Shown here: piece after piece, positions 26,275-38,099 of the stretch
Layout: each line of letters opens with the position of its first letter
Numbering within the stretch: position 1 is the first letter of the stretch
Source: Octopus bimaculoides
Lineage: Eukaryota
NCBI RefSeq assembly: GCF_001194135.2
Contig: NC_068992.1
Span: 50,808,335-50,872,334 of the forward strand
Length of the DNA: 64,000 nucleotides
Direction: 5' to 3'
Notes under the pieces: generated by a model
The model's database searches: none
What the model was told of the DNA's origin: nothing
Seen by the model: only the letters and a program-made list of their open reading frames with translations
Made by a program: the position numbers and the translations under genes

Positions 26275-27395
26275 NNNNNNNNNNTATTTACTCTATATTT
26301 AGAATGAAAGAGTCTGTTGATAAATTCTGTTATTTAACTTTTACATTTTGGATAAAATTTAGCCATCAAGAGAAAACGAAATATACGTTTAGTTTCGTTG
26401 CAGGTAAACATTGCCTATCAATAACAATATGGTATTTACCCAGTGTTCAAGACTAGACTTTACAAGATTAGGATTGAATATAAATTAGGGAATGTCTGCA
26501 ACAATTAAAATATACGAGAAGGAAATGAACGAAGAGTGGAAGAAATTTCTGGAAAACCGTATGGATTAGTGAGAAGGATTGAACAACGGTTGAACAATTT
26601 TAAGTGACTGTTATTATGGCGACGACAGAGCCATCATTTATAGACTAACCGTAACAGTTTTAATTAATTGCAACAGTGGGCTCAGATAGATACTCAGCTC
26701 AGTCTTTAGCCAGTAACTGAAAAAATTGTCGGGATATAAAGGGACTTCATATGAAATAGAATGCAGTTGTGTGTGTAAGTCAATTCATGAAGAATGCGAT
26801 GACATTAATAGGATTTTTGCTGGCCATCAATTGTCTTTCTTTAATTGCAAAAGAAGAAACGACAAAAATGAAATTCCAACTGATATGCGAAATTAAATGC
26901 AATTTCCCCACAAGTTCTATTATGTGATAATTAATTCCAGGATTTATTCAACGGCAGGGTATTAAAGTGTGATCTTTTAAGTATTCCTCAATACAAGCTA
27001 TCATTAACATTTAATACAGTTTTCATCCATCTAATATAGCTATGTCTCTTAATTAACAGCTTAAGCATTATAATAAGGATTAATTGAAGTCGTACTTCAA
27101 TTAATATTATGAATATTTCACTATTACGTTTACCGATTAATCATTTGTCAGTACAAAAAAAAAAAAAAGTAAAAAGGCATGAAAGATAATTCCCTATTTT
27201 ATTTACTATATTTGCTGTTTCCTTTAGGATATTGGGAATAAAATCTGTGAATATTAAATATATTAAATACGCAGTTAGGTTAAAAAAAAGAAAAACACCC
27301 ATTCAAAAGAGGAATTTAGTTACATAATTGTGTACTAATTACTTTCATTTCGAAATTACATATTCATACGAGTAATGAGTTTATCTCTCTTTCTT

Positions 27396-27469
<74 letters not shown>

Positions 27470-27761
27470 AAAATTCTATAATTATAAGCATAATTATAAT
27501 TAGAGTTCAGCAAATTGCTTCACCACATACCGAAATTTAGAAATAGCAGTTAAATACTATTCCTCTACCATAAGATATCTCCCAGGCAGCAATGCTCTCA
27601 ATTCACATAGGTAAAGAGAAAAAAATTACGAATCCACCGGCTTTGATCAACTACATACGCGTTTCTGGATTAAAGAGATATAAAATTTTATTTTTACTCC
27701 CTTATTTGCGTCTTCAGTGTAGTATTTCGATTGTAAATTTGAGAGTGCTAATATCCAGCTC

Positions 27762-27851
27762 GAAGACAATTATTTAGACTCCTAACCATTTCAACAGAAG
27801 CTAAGCCCATGCCTTTATGAAGGATAATATAACAGCATCACGAGATATTTT
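27762..27851 (+). repeat. 90-bp direct repeat, copy 1
   Basis: 85/90 identical to 29479-29568 by manual alignment; all 5 differences are transitions. Confidence 0.95.
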
Positions 27852-28069
27852 GCTATTATTATTATTATTGAAAATATATATTTATATATACACGTATGTT
27901 TATGTATATATGCATCTATGTATGAATACTTATATATATATAGATAAAACTTACTTGGGAAAGGATGCGTGGCGTTTGACCATATAATAATATAAATAAT
28001 ATATAAATATATGCATATATCCATACATATATGTACATACCTACATCTATATGTATACATACATGCAAA

Positions 28070-28400
28070 TATGGGTACAGGACATCAAACAAATGTTAAA
28101 CACAATGAGAAACGAAAACAGAAAACGAACTTTTTTCGAACAACCCCCAAAAAAACAAAGACAAACAGAGAAACGAGACATGCAACATAAAGATTCTAAC
28201 CCTTCGTCAGTTGTCCCTGTTCCATCTACTCCTCGTTTCGAAAACAAGGACAATACGCGACTTCGTTGGAACATTCCTTCCTGCAAAGCAAATTAAATAA
28301 CATTTGGAATATTTTGCGAAGGGTGAAAGTGGTAACAAGAACAAGACAGTGAGAACAAGACAGTAAAAACAGTAAGAACAGGAGAGTGAGAACAAGACAC
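28070..28400 (-). mobile_element. PLE-terminus-like unit with partial hammerhead elements
   Basis: Begins after a TA/CA-rich tract. The - strand has GTA, then a 13-bp hairpin (28211-28253), then CTGACGA (28204-28210). It ends in AGAACAAGACAG-type short repeats. Confidence 0.45.
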
Positions 28401-28406
28401 GAATAC

Positions 28407-28823
28407 ATAGGCACAAGCATGGCTGTGTGGTGAGAACCGGGAATCATGTTTGATTCTCATGACACATGGTTCCGTGTTCAATCCCACTGCGTGGCACCTT
28501 GGGCAAGTGTCTTCTACTTTAGCCTGGGGCAGACCAAAGCTTTGTGAGTGAATTTGATTGACTGAAGCTGAAAGAAACGTGTCATATGCATATATATGTT
28601 TTATGTATCTATGTGTGTGTCTGTGTTTGTCCCTACCTCCACCGCCGTCTCTTGACAACCCATGATGATGTGTTTATGTCTCTGTTACATAGCGGTTCGA
28701 CAAAAGACACCGATTGAATAAGTACTAAGCTTACAAAGAATAAGTCTTGGGGTCAAGTTTTTCGACACTTTAAGGCGTTGCTCCAGCATTGCCGCAGTCA
28801 AATGACTGTAGCAAGTAAAAGAT
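28407..28823 (+). mobile_element. Full-length tRNA-derived SINE, family A
   Basis: Head GGCACAAGCATGGCTGTGTGG, then CCCACTGCGTGGCACCTTGGGCAAGTGTCTTCTAC, a central microsatellite linker, and 3' CTTGACAACC...GCGGTTCGACAAAAG...GCCGCAGTCAAATGACTG. Confidence 0.9.
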
Positions 28824-29478
28824 TAAAATAATATATGAATGTTAAAATATTGGGATAACTTTAGCTTTTGAAAGTAGACGATAACGAAGTGGACAGATAA
28901 TAGATTCAACGTTTGTTCGTGTCTCACAAGCTGCATTACGCTGTGCCTTCTCCAGAAAAAAAAAAAAACCCACAATTTAAATTGCTACATAGTTCAACAA
29001 TCCAGTTCCTGAGGCTGTAATTAGTTACGGTTGGCTGAAATAAGCAGAATCGTGGTGTAATGTATAATTAATAAGTGAGTTGTCTACAATTTTAGTAGTT
29101 TCATCACTAAATTTTACTGCAACTGAAGCAGTAGACGAGAGAACATTCCAATGCGTCCTCTCATGAAGAACAACATGAGGTGTAGCGCAAATTTCAGAGT
29201 ATAACAGTATATTATTATTTCTGATCAGCAGTTATATAGAAATAATCCCAAAGAAATATGACTTTTATTTCCAGATTTTAAACCTTTAAATACGTATCTT
29301 AAAAACATTAATATAACGTTGTCATGATGCCTACGTCATTCCTAGTATTATAATATTTGATTATTGAAAATTCCTAATACTGTAGAACTTATATGTGTGG
29401 TTTCGGGCATGCATTGGTGAAAGGCAAAACTGACCTCCACATACAAACTGACGACTGAAAATCTAAAATATACACCTT

Positions 29479-29568
29479 GAAGACAATTACTTAGACTCCC
29501 AACCATTTCAACAGAAGTTAAGCCCATGTCTTTATGAAGGATAATATAACGGCATCACGAGATATTTT
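29479..29568 (+). repeat. 90-bp direct repeat, copy 2
   Basis: See copy 1 at 27762. Confidence 0.95.
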
Positions 29569-30024
29569 TATGTTTAAATGTCATTGTCGTAAAATAAAGA
29601 CGCTTGAAATAAGGAAAAAAACAAAACAAAAACAAAAACCATCTGAATACTTTTCATTCTGTTTGAGCTTTAGTATTAAAACTCCATGATTTTTATAACA
29701 GACGTAAAACACACACATAAATGTCTATATACGCACATATATGTGTGTGTATATATATATGTATATATATATATATATGATATATATTTATATATATNNN
29801 NNNNNNNNNNNNNNNNNNNNNNNNNNNNNNNNNNNNNNNNNNNNNNNNNNNNNNNNNNNNNNNNNNNNNNNNNNNNNNNNNNNNNNNNNNNNNNNNNNNN
29901 NNNNNNNNNNNNNNNNNNNNNNNNNNNNNNNNNNNNNNNNNNNNNNNNNNNNNNNNNNNNNNNNNNNNNNNNNNNNNNNNNNNNNNNNNNNNNNNNNNNN
30001 NNNNNNNNNNNNNNNNNNNNNNNN

Positions 30025-30062
<38 letters not shown>

Positions 30063-30232
30063 TATATGTGTGTGTGTGTGTGTCTTTATGTCAATGTATA
30101 TATGTGTGTGTGTGTGTGTGTGTGCATACATATACGATTATACGTATGCATACAAACATGCATATATAAATGCACATGTTTACCTATACACAAATATATG
30201 TATGTCTGTGTGAGTGCGAGAGAGAAAGAAAG

Positions 30233-30268
<36 letters not shown>

Positions 30269-31789
30269 CCACAAGTACGATTGTTGGTTATACCAAGCTT
30301 CTAATTGTATCCATTGACTTGCGTGAAAACTGCCTATTAAGATTTCTAACGCGCTGGTCTTTATCTCTAACATAATTAACTTTACTTTTATTGATGCCCC
30401 AGAGAATTTTGGCTTTTATTGATCGACATTTTAACAACATATGTTAATTGGAAAAAATGTCTTTGTCGCCAGCTTAGTATTTATTGCAATAAGTCTGAGA
30501 ACGCATCTTTAGATACAATGAGGTTTTTTAATTTACTTTTCACTACGAGCTGTCCCATACTAAAGACATCATTTAATATTATATTAATGTTTAAACGCAG
30601 TTTTATTTATGAAGAATCATGTATACTTGAGTGTGGGTGCATGCATATGCTTCTCTGTTGCTCTCTCTCTCTCTCTCTCTCTCTCGCTCTCTTTCTTCAA
30701 ATACACAAAGGTACATGTGTGTGTGTGTGTGTGTATACGTTCGAATGCATATATATATATGCATGTGTGTTATTTTTGTACTTAGTGTATTTAGAAAATT
30801 ACTCAAATAAGAGGTTGCGCTGAGAGACTGGCAGACAGGCAGTCAGACATGTAGATAGGTAGATAGATAAACCGATAGATGTACAGAGGTGAGAAAATCA
30901 GACAGATGAATGGTTAGATATGTTTGTGCGATATTGAAATGCTTGTAATTTTGTGGTAACTCTTTGATTCTGATTTTAAGAAAACTGTGCAGTTCATTAT
31001 AATGATCTAAAATGGAATTTAGAATCAAGTCTTCAGAAGTAATTTATATATTGGAGATAAGTTTAGTTACTTACTTTAAAAGGTGTACTTTGTCGTAGAA
31101 CATATATTGGTGAAGTGCCCAGAGTTTCTGCTTTTATGAAACAAAACTGTATACATATATTCGTAAAATATTTGAAAGAACCGGTTTGTCAATATGTTCT
31201 GTATAGTTATTGCGAGGAATAGGGGTTGTTTTGAAGTATATGAGCAAAAATCACGATTAGTGATAATCAAATCTTAGTAGATTTGATTATCCAAGATGTT
31301 TGAAATTCACATAGGAAAAATTTGTTTTCTTTTCATACTTGATGAAAATGTGTGCATCGTTTGTGTGTACTTGAATACATAAGGTTCTAGTACCCGGCTT
31401 TCTATTGATGTTTTTTTTTAAATATTGCTATGTAATTATATGTGTGTCATGTATTTCTGTCCATAAAAGAAATAAAAATGTTTGACCATTGGTTTGTAGT
31501 TCATATCTTCTGAGGCTTCGCAGAAATATATTAGATCATTTAAGCTATTGAAACAAAGCCACTGCAACAAATTGGATTTGCAAATTACCAAATAAGATTA
31601 TTATACTCTTCGTAAAACGTAGAGTATTAAAAAAGGCATATGAACATAGAAAATTTTGGACATTGTTAGTTGGCGTTATTTAACCCCAGCTTAAACTGCA
31701 TCTGTCAGACCTCTGATCAGTATCGTTATAGCAGGAAGAATTACTTATTGAGACAATGATAATGTATATGACTCTATGTAATAATTTTT

Positions 31790-31990
31790 CTACTAAAGGC
31801 AAAAGAGCTGAAAATCAACAAGAAGGCGTCAGCGATAGCATCGATCCCAGTGTTCAAAGTGTACTTATTTTATCGACTCTGAAATGATGAGAGTCGACGT
31901 CGACCTCGGTAGAATATGAAACCACACCATAATGCCTGAACTTATGCTGCTACGTATTCTGACCGCACCGTAACAATTCTGCCAGCTCAC
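31790..31990 (-). mobile_element. SINE family C copy
   Basis: ATCGATCCCAGTG...GTACTTATTTTATCGACTCTGAAATGATGAGAG...GTCGACCTCGG...ACAATTCTGCCAGCTCACTGC. Confidence 0.8.
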
Positions 31991-32029
31991 TGCTTTCACA
32001 TCTCTGTACTATAATGATTTCAAATCTTC

Positions 32030-32314
32030 GTACAAGGCCAGCAGTTTTGGATGGGAGAGGAAGGCGATTACATCCACCTTTCTACTTGCCTGGTATTTAT
32101 TGTATCGACCTCGAAAGAACGGAAGGCAATGTCAACCACGGTGAAATTTGAATTTACTACTTACAAATGGAAGAAATAACTGCCAAACTTATCGTCCGAC
32201 ATGCTAACTGCTCTATCACAAAGGCAAGGTCGACATCGGTGGAAATGGAACTCAGACGAAATACCATTAAGCATTTCGCCCGGCGTGCTAACGTTTTTGT
32301 CATCTCACCGCCTT
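32030..32314 (-). mobile_element. Two tandem SINE family C copies (about 32030-32210 and 32220-32314)
   Basis: The core AAGGCAA(T/G)GTC(A/G)AC...GG(T)G(A/G)AA occurs twice; head remnant GCATTTCGCCCGGCGTGCTAACG...TCACCGCCTT. Confidence 0.8.
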
Positions 32315-32339
32315 CTAGAAGCAAAATATTACCGAATAA

Positions 32340-32560
32340 AAGGCGGTCAATTGGCAGAATGGTTAGCAGGCCAGGAAAAATGTCTAGCGGCATTTCGTCC
32401 GTCTTCACAATTTAAGTTCAAATAGGTCAGAGGTCGACGTTGCCGTTCAAACTCTCGGAGTCGATAAAATTAGTAACACTTGAGTACAAGGGTTAATGTA
32501 ATCGTTTATCCCCTCCCCCAAAATTTCTGACCTTGTGCCATAATTTGAAACCAATATATT
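32340..32560 (+). mobile_element. Full-length SINE family C
   Basis: AAGGCGGTCAATTGGCAGAATGGTTAGC...GAGGTCGACGTTGCC...GTCGATAAAATTAGTA...CCCTCCCCCAAAATTTCTGACCTTGTGCC. Confidence 0.88.
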
Positions 32561-32794
32561 ACAAAGTGGGTAATTCTTTTTCCTTTTCTGCCTTACTCCT
32601 TTCTTGATGTTTTCGAGGTGAGTATATTGTTCAACGGTGATTCGTCACCTATTTCTGTCAGTTGCTGTGACGGTCGGAATTATAGTGTCTCAAAGAAACA
32701 CGTTTTTCAAACGTATGCCTAGTTTCTCACTTATGTGTTAACCGCCATTGTAGCTATCTAGGATTGTCAGCTTAATTGATATTTCCTAAATATA

Positions 32795-32849
<55 letters not shown>

Positions 32850-33074
32850 ATATATATATANNNNNNNNNNNNNNNNNNNNNNNNNNNNNNNNNNNNNNNN
32901 NNNNNNNNNNNNNNNNNNNNNNNNNNNNNNNNNNNNNNNNNNNNNNNNNNNNNNNNNNNNNNNNNNNNNNNNNNNNTATATCAATGTATGCATGTAAACG
33001 TATATATATATAAATATATAGATAGATGTGCGTGTGTGTATGCATGTGTGTATATATATGTATATGCAGAGATG

Positions 33075-33155
<81 letters not shown>

Positions 33156-33566
33156 CCAGAGAATGAAGAAGACAGAGATAGATAGGTATTTTATCGTTCT
33201 TAGACAAGAGTGATACTACTATTCGTGACATTGTACAGGTTCACGGGATCAAGTTGGATGGAGAGGAATATATCTTGAATCTAGAGACATCGCTTGAATG
33301 CCTGTAACACAGTAGACATTAACAAATAGAGCTGCAGGACAAGGTAGTGGCATTAATCCAGGCGATGGATTAAATTTTTTACTCAAATCAACCATTCAAA
33401 AATTAATACTCAAAGTGCAAAGAGCCAGAACTAATACCACCCAGCTTCTACTCCGACGTGGCACCATTCCTTGTCTCGGAGTGGTATCTGTTGACCAATC
33501 TCAATATATTGAAAAGCAAATAAATAAATAGATAGATAGTTAGTTAGATAGATAAATAGATAGATT

Positions 33567-33678
33567 GATAGATAGATTAATAGATTGATAGGTAGATATA
33601 TAGATTGATAAATTGATTAAAAGATAGATAGATTAATAGATTGATAGGTAGATATATAGATTGATAAATTGATTAATA
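33567..33678. repeat. 56-bp higher-order repeat (2 copies) in a degenerate GATA array
   Basis: 33567-33622 and 33623-33678 are near-identical. Confidence 0.85.
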
Positions 33679-33981
33679 GATAGATAGATTAATAAATTGA
33701 TTAATAGATAGATAGATATAGATATATACATTTTCACATACTTATTGCAGTGAGTCAATAACTCATATTGGTCTAAATATAACTATAGTATGGGTGACAT
33801 CTTCGTGCATTTCTGTATGTATGTGTTATGTAAATATATGTGGAGAAGGAATTGTTGCATTATATCTGATATGATGCTAAGTTGGGTGGCATGACACTAG
33901 ATATCTTTGATAACTCTTGTGTAAAGATTGCATGTAGAAAAGTCAGCTAACTATTGTTTACAGTTTTCTATTCTGTCTCAG

Positions 33982-34110
33982 ATTGCAAAACCGTAACACA
34001 GTTGAGAAAGGTTGCGAAAATTTTGTGAGAATATCTGAAAAACGCATAAAATATTCGTAACATATATCTTCACTCACAATCTGCACAGAAATATGCTATA
34101 TAATTCAACG
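33982..34110 (+). other. Candidate 129-nt exon, non-coding or 5'UTR plus start MLYNST
   Basis: Acceptor TTTTCTATTCTGTCTCAG and donor ACG|GTGAGT. All three frames are closed, leaving only a late ATG at 34093. Confidence 0.35.
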
Positions 34111-34833
34111 GTGAGTAAATCTATGTTGAAAATTGATTTGACATTCCTTTCGTTGGTATTTATCATATTTAAAACCCTCGAGGTGTATTGTTAAATATTT
34201 ACAAGACGTTCAATGAAAAGGAATGAGAATCATTTGACAGATGCCAATTTCAAATCGTTAATTCTGACAATCAAGTTTTCGTAACCTTTGCCAGTGACGA
34301 AGTTATTTGATTAAATGTAAGATGTTTTTAATTCAGTGACCATTACGGTTTGTACATTTACTTAGAAATATTTCAAAATTCTCGAAATATGCCACCTCTG
34401 TTTCTCTTATAAGAGTTGAAATATCAATTATAAAGGATTGTCCATTAACAGAGTGCGCAATGACGTTGATGAAAGTATGACCGAGATATATGTCTTATTT
34501 TAAATTGGTTTCAACCTCTCAACTGTATCTATTCTAGAACATTCGCAATGATATTATCTATTGTGATGGTATAAATGCCAGACTTCTTTGTTTATGAATT
34601 TGTGCTGTGTATCTTTAAGAGAATGCAATATTAAAACCGTATTAATAAGAATAAAAACAATGGATAATAACTTCCATCGTTATACCACCATATACGTCAT
34701 ATATTAAAAGCTGAAATCACTGTATAATATAATTTCGTATGTGGAGTATAATCTTGGAAGAAATAGTTCTTAAGTTTCTAAAATCATAAGAAGGATATTA
34801 GCTAAGATAATGTAGTCCTAGATGATTTGAATT

Positions 34834-34888
<55 letters not shown>

Positions 34889-34916
34889 CATACATAGATG
34901 CGCAGGCATATATATA

Positions 34917-34976
<60 letters not shown>

Positions 34977-35494
34977 CTTGATTTATTACGATGAAAGAGA
35001 GAAACAACGAGCAAAGTGATAATATCCCTTGATGCCGCAACAATCTCTAGGTGTCAATGGATGCATGGGATCTGAACTCGTGGAATGCGTCAATTAAAAG
35101 AGAAATCTATCACAGTACTGAGATTTCCTAAGTAAACTGGGCAGACTTTTAATCTATTATGAGCTTCCAAACTAAATTTTTATGTATTCTGTGTGTATGT
35201 TTATGTGTGTGTACGTGTGCGCGTGTGTGCGTGCGTGTGCCGGCGCATGTGTGCGTGATTCACACTCCTATTGCTATGTGTTTCTCACACATCCGAGGTT
35301 ACCTGCCGGATTTCAAATCTAAAAGCGTGAATTATTAGTGGTTTCCATGATTTAATAAAATCCAACAGGAGTAGATACCGTCGATAAAACGGCACATTTT
35401 TCAACACAATAGCAAACTCTAAAACATTACAACGCACAATACAAACTGCAGACGCATTAGCATTTCGCGAAAACATTCATACTTTTTATGGTAA

Positions 35495-35654
35495 ATACAT
35501 ATATGCTGGCGGAGGGAATTAGCCCATCATGCACCGTTCAAGAAAACCTCACTGACGATGTCTACAATCATAGACGAAACTAGATATAGTCTGTTGTCTG
35601 AGGATCCTCACAGCGGTCATGGGGCAGTTGCCTCCCTTGTTAGCATATGTGTAT
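35495..35654 (+). ncRNA. Type I hammerhead ribozyme with extended stem I
   Basis: CTGACGA (35552-58), extra T, stem II GTCTA/TAGAC with CAATCA loop, GAAAC (35576-80), GTC cleavage triplet (35596-98), and stem I CCTCA/TGAGG. Distal helices: ACCGTT/AGCGGT, CATG/CATG, GCCC/GGGC, GGAGG/CCTCC and ATACATATATGCTGG/TTAGCATATGTGTAT. Confidence 0.8.
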
Positions 35655-35792
35655 ACTCTATGTGCTCCACCTACAGCATTAAGAGTATTTTAACACTTAT
35701 TTCTAGCAATATCGGCGCTCCGGCATCCTAAGTCACACTTAGTTACGCTGCATTTTTCCTTTATGCTCTCACATTATGTCTGGCTGTCTTAT

Positions 35793-35858
<66 letters not shown>

Positions 35859-36684
35859 GGAAGGAGTGAAAGAGAGAAAGGCGGAAAGAGAATGTAGGCA
35901 AAACAGATAAACAGATATACAAGCCGAAGAATTATGAACAAAATAATGGAGAAAAACATACCATAAGACAATCGTAACTTCAGATTGCAGATAAGAAGTA
36001 AAGATGAAAAGTGACAGAAATAGCGACTTAGAACAATTATTACATACAATCTAAATAGAAAATAGAGCTTCATGCGTGAAACAACATTGTAAGATAGAAA
36101 TAAATAGTACATTTAGGAATCTAAATCCTTTCTTTAAGAGGACTTGCTGTGATAATACTTTTGAAATATATGCTCAATAGTTTAAATGGGATTACTGTCT
36201 TTTAGTGTAGGCTCATGATTAGATATACTATCCAACGTTCGGTAAACATGAAACTAATGTATCGTGACCAGGTAGAATCTAGTTTGCCACAATCGTACAT
36301 TGGCATTAATATATCAAGAATGTCTTGGGAATTAATTCAACACAAGATATTTGCCTTACACTACTATGTCCATGCTCTTACGTTATTAGAAAATATAGAT
36401 TCGATTAGATCGAAATCAATTCTGTTTCTAAACTGTTTGGTTATTCGAAACTATATATTCTATCACGCTATACATACATACATACACACACATACGCACA
36501 CAAATACGCCCGCGCTCGCACCCCCCACACATACAGAGAGTGTCTCGAAATTAAGGCAACCGAAGTTTCGGGCTGTATAACTATCAATAAATGCGATAAG
36601 ATATGAAGATTATACACCATTATAAAATCGTAGTGTGTCTTCTTTTTGTTTCAGACTAAATAAATTCAGATTTATGAATTAGAT

Positions 36685-36870
36685 AATGGCTATAGAAATA
36701 CGATCATGAACCTCCACAAAGTAGGCAAATGTAATACAACTATACGAAAAAATCTTAAAATTAACCGAACAACACTATAGAAAATTGCCAAGAAATTTCA
36801 AGAGACTGTTTCTACCGCTGATCGACCTGGACTTGGCCGAAAAAGAATTGTGTAGACTCCTCAGCTTATC
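36685..36870 (+). mobile_element. Tc1-like transposase N-terminal paired-HTH relic
   Basis: Reads RNTIMNLHKVGKCNTTIRKNLKINRTTL*KIAKKFQETVSTADRPGLGRKR, matching the Tc1 FxETGSxxDRPxxGRKR motif. Confidence 0.75.
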
Positions 36871-38099
36871 AAGAGTACCAGAGCTGGTTTCTAAGAAAGA
36901 TATAAGCTCCATCTTTCGAATGTAGATAACGGAAACAATGTCACATTTTAAACCTTAGAAAAGTCTTGCATAGTTTTCCTGTTCCACTTACTGATTGTAT
37001 TTGTAATGTGCAAATCAGTCGATTGATTTCTTTTTCTGAAAAATCAAGTGCTCCAATACAAAATCAAGTGCTCCAATTATTATTGCTATAAATGTAAATT
37101 TGTAATCTGCACAGAGAAGCTGGAGGCTTCAAAGCAGTTGTCCATAGTTATCTTGTTTGTTTGCATGTTTCTTTCTTTCTTTCTTTCTGTGTGTATGTAT
37201 GAATGTGTGTATGTATGTTTGGATGGATTACTTGGTGTACATGTGTAAGTGTATCTATATAAATCTTTGTATGCGTGTGAATATGTATGTGCGTATGTTT
37301 ATTACAAAAAATCTGATAGTTAATAAGTTTCTTCATATGGGTTAAATCCATCTTGTATTGTGAATGAGTTGCTACTAGGATACTCATAAACAACTGTTAC
37401 ATTTCTTATGATATAAAAATGCACGTATATCACACTGAATTCTAAGTATGTCGTATGGCGTTCTATTTCAGTATATAGTGTACATCTTATTTAAATTTTA
37501 CATTTTTACACAGAATTGAATATGCCTTTGCTGCACTTCAGTTCCCTTTTAATTTCGCTTTTCCTATGTTAAATCTGCCCGGCAAATCTTCCCTTTTGTC
37601 AATTGACTTTTTTGTCTTTGATGTTCACATCCATGGTGTATCTCACTTCTCTGAAGGTTCTCGCTTTAGTGAATTTCTGTGAACGCAACGTTGTCCCCGG
37701 AGACATTGACAATCGTCGACACTACGTGGCATGCAAATCTAGTAAACATCCTGCATAAATCAGAAGATTCACTTTCTAAATTGTTTCATTATTCCAAAAC
37801 TTTATATATATATATATATATATATATCACGCATACCTCTATATGGGGCTTAGGTATGTGTGCATGTATGTATATGCGCGCGCGGTTGTGTGTGTGCCTG
37901 TGTGTGTCTGTGTGTGAGCGTGTGTGTTTGCAGGATTCCCAAAAAATTATTCATACTTCAACTGCTGATAAATAAATTTTCATTTAGGAAACATGAATAG
38001 AACCAAACGAAGCTTTGACCAAAAGAAATTAATCTTAAAGTGCTACTGCAAGTTTACAAGCACATATGAAGTGTAAAATGAGTTTAGGAGGGTGTTTCA

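Noticed and set aside
33330-33510. GINPGDGLNFYSNQPF / EWYLLTNLN, superficially like a fibrinogen-related domain; also a - strand MVPRRSRSWVVLVLALCTL leader
   Set aside because: The pieces are in different frames with stops, key FReD residues (FST.D.DND, GWWY..C) are missing, and the splice sites for the leader are weak.
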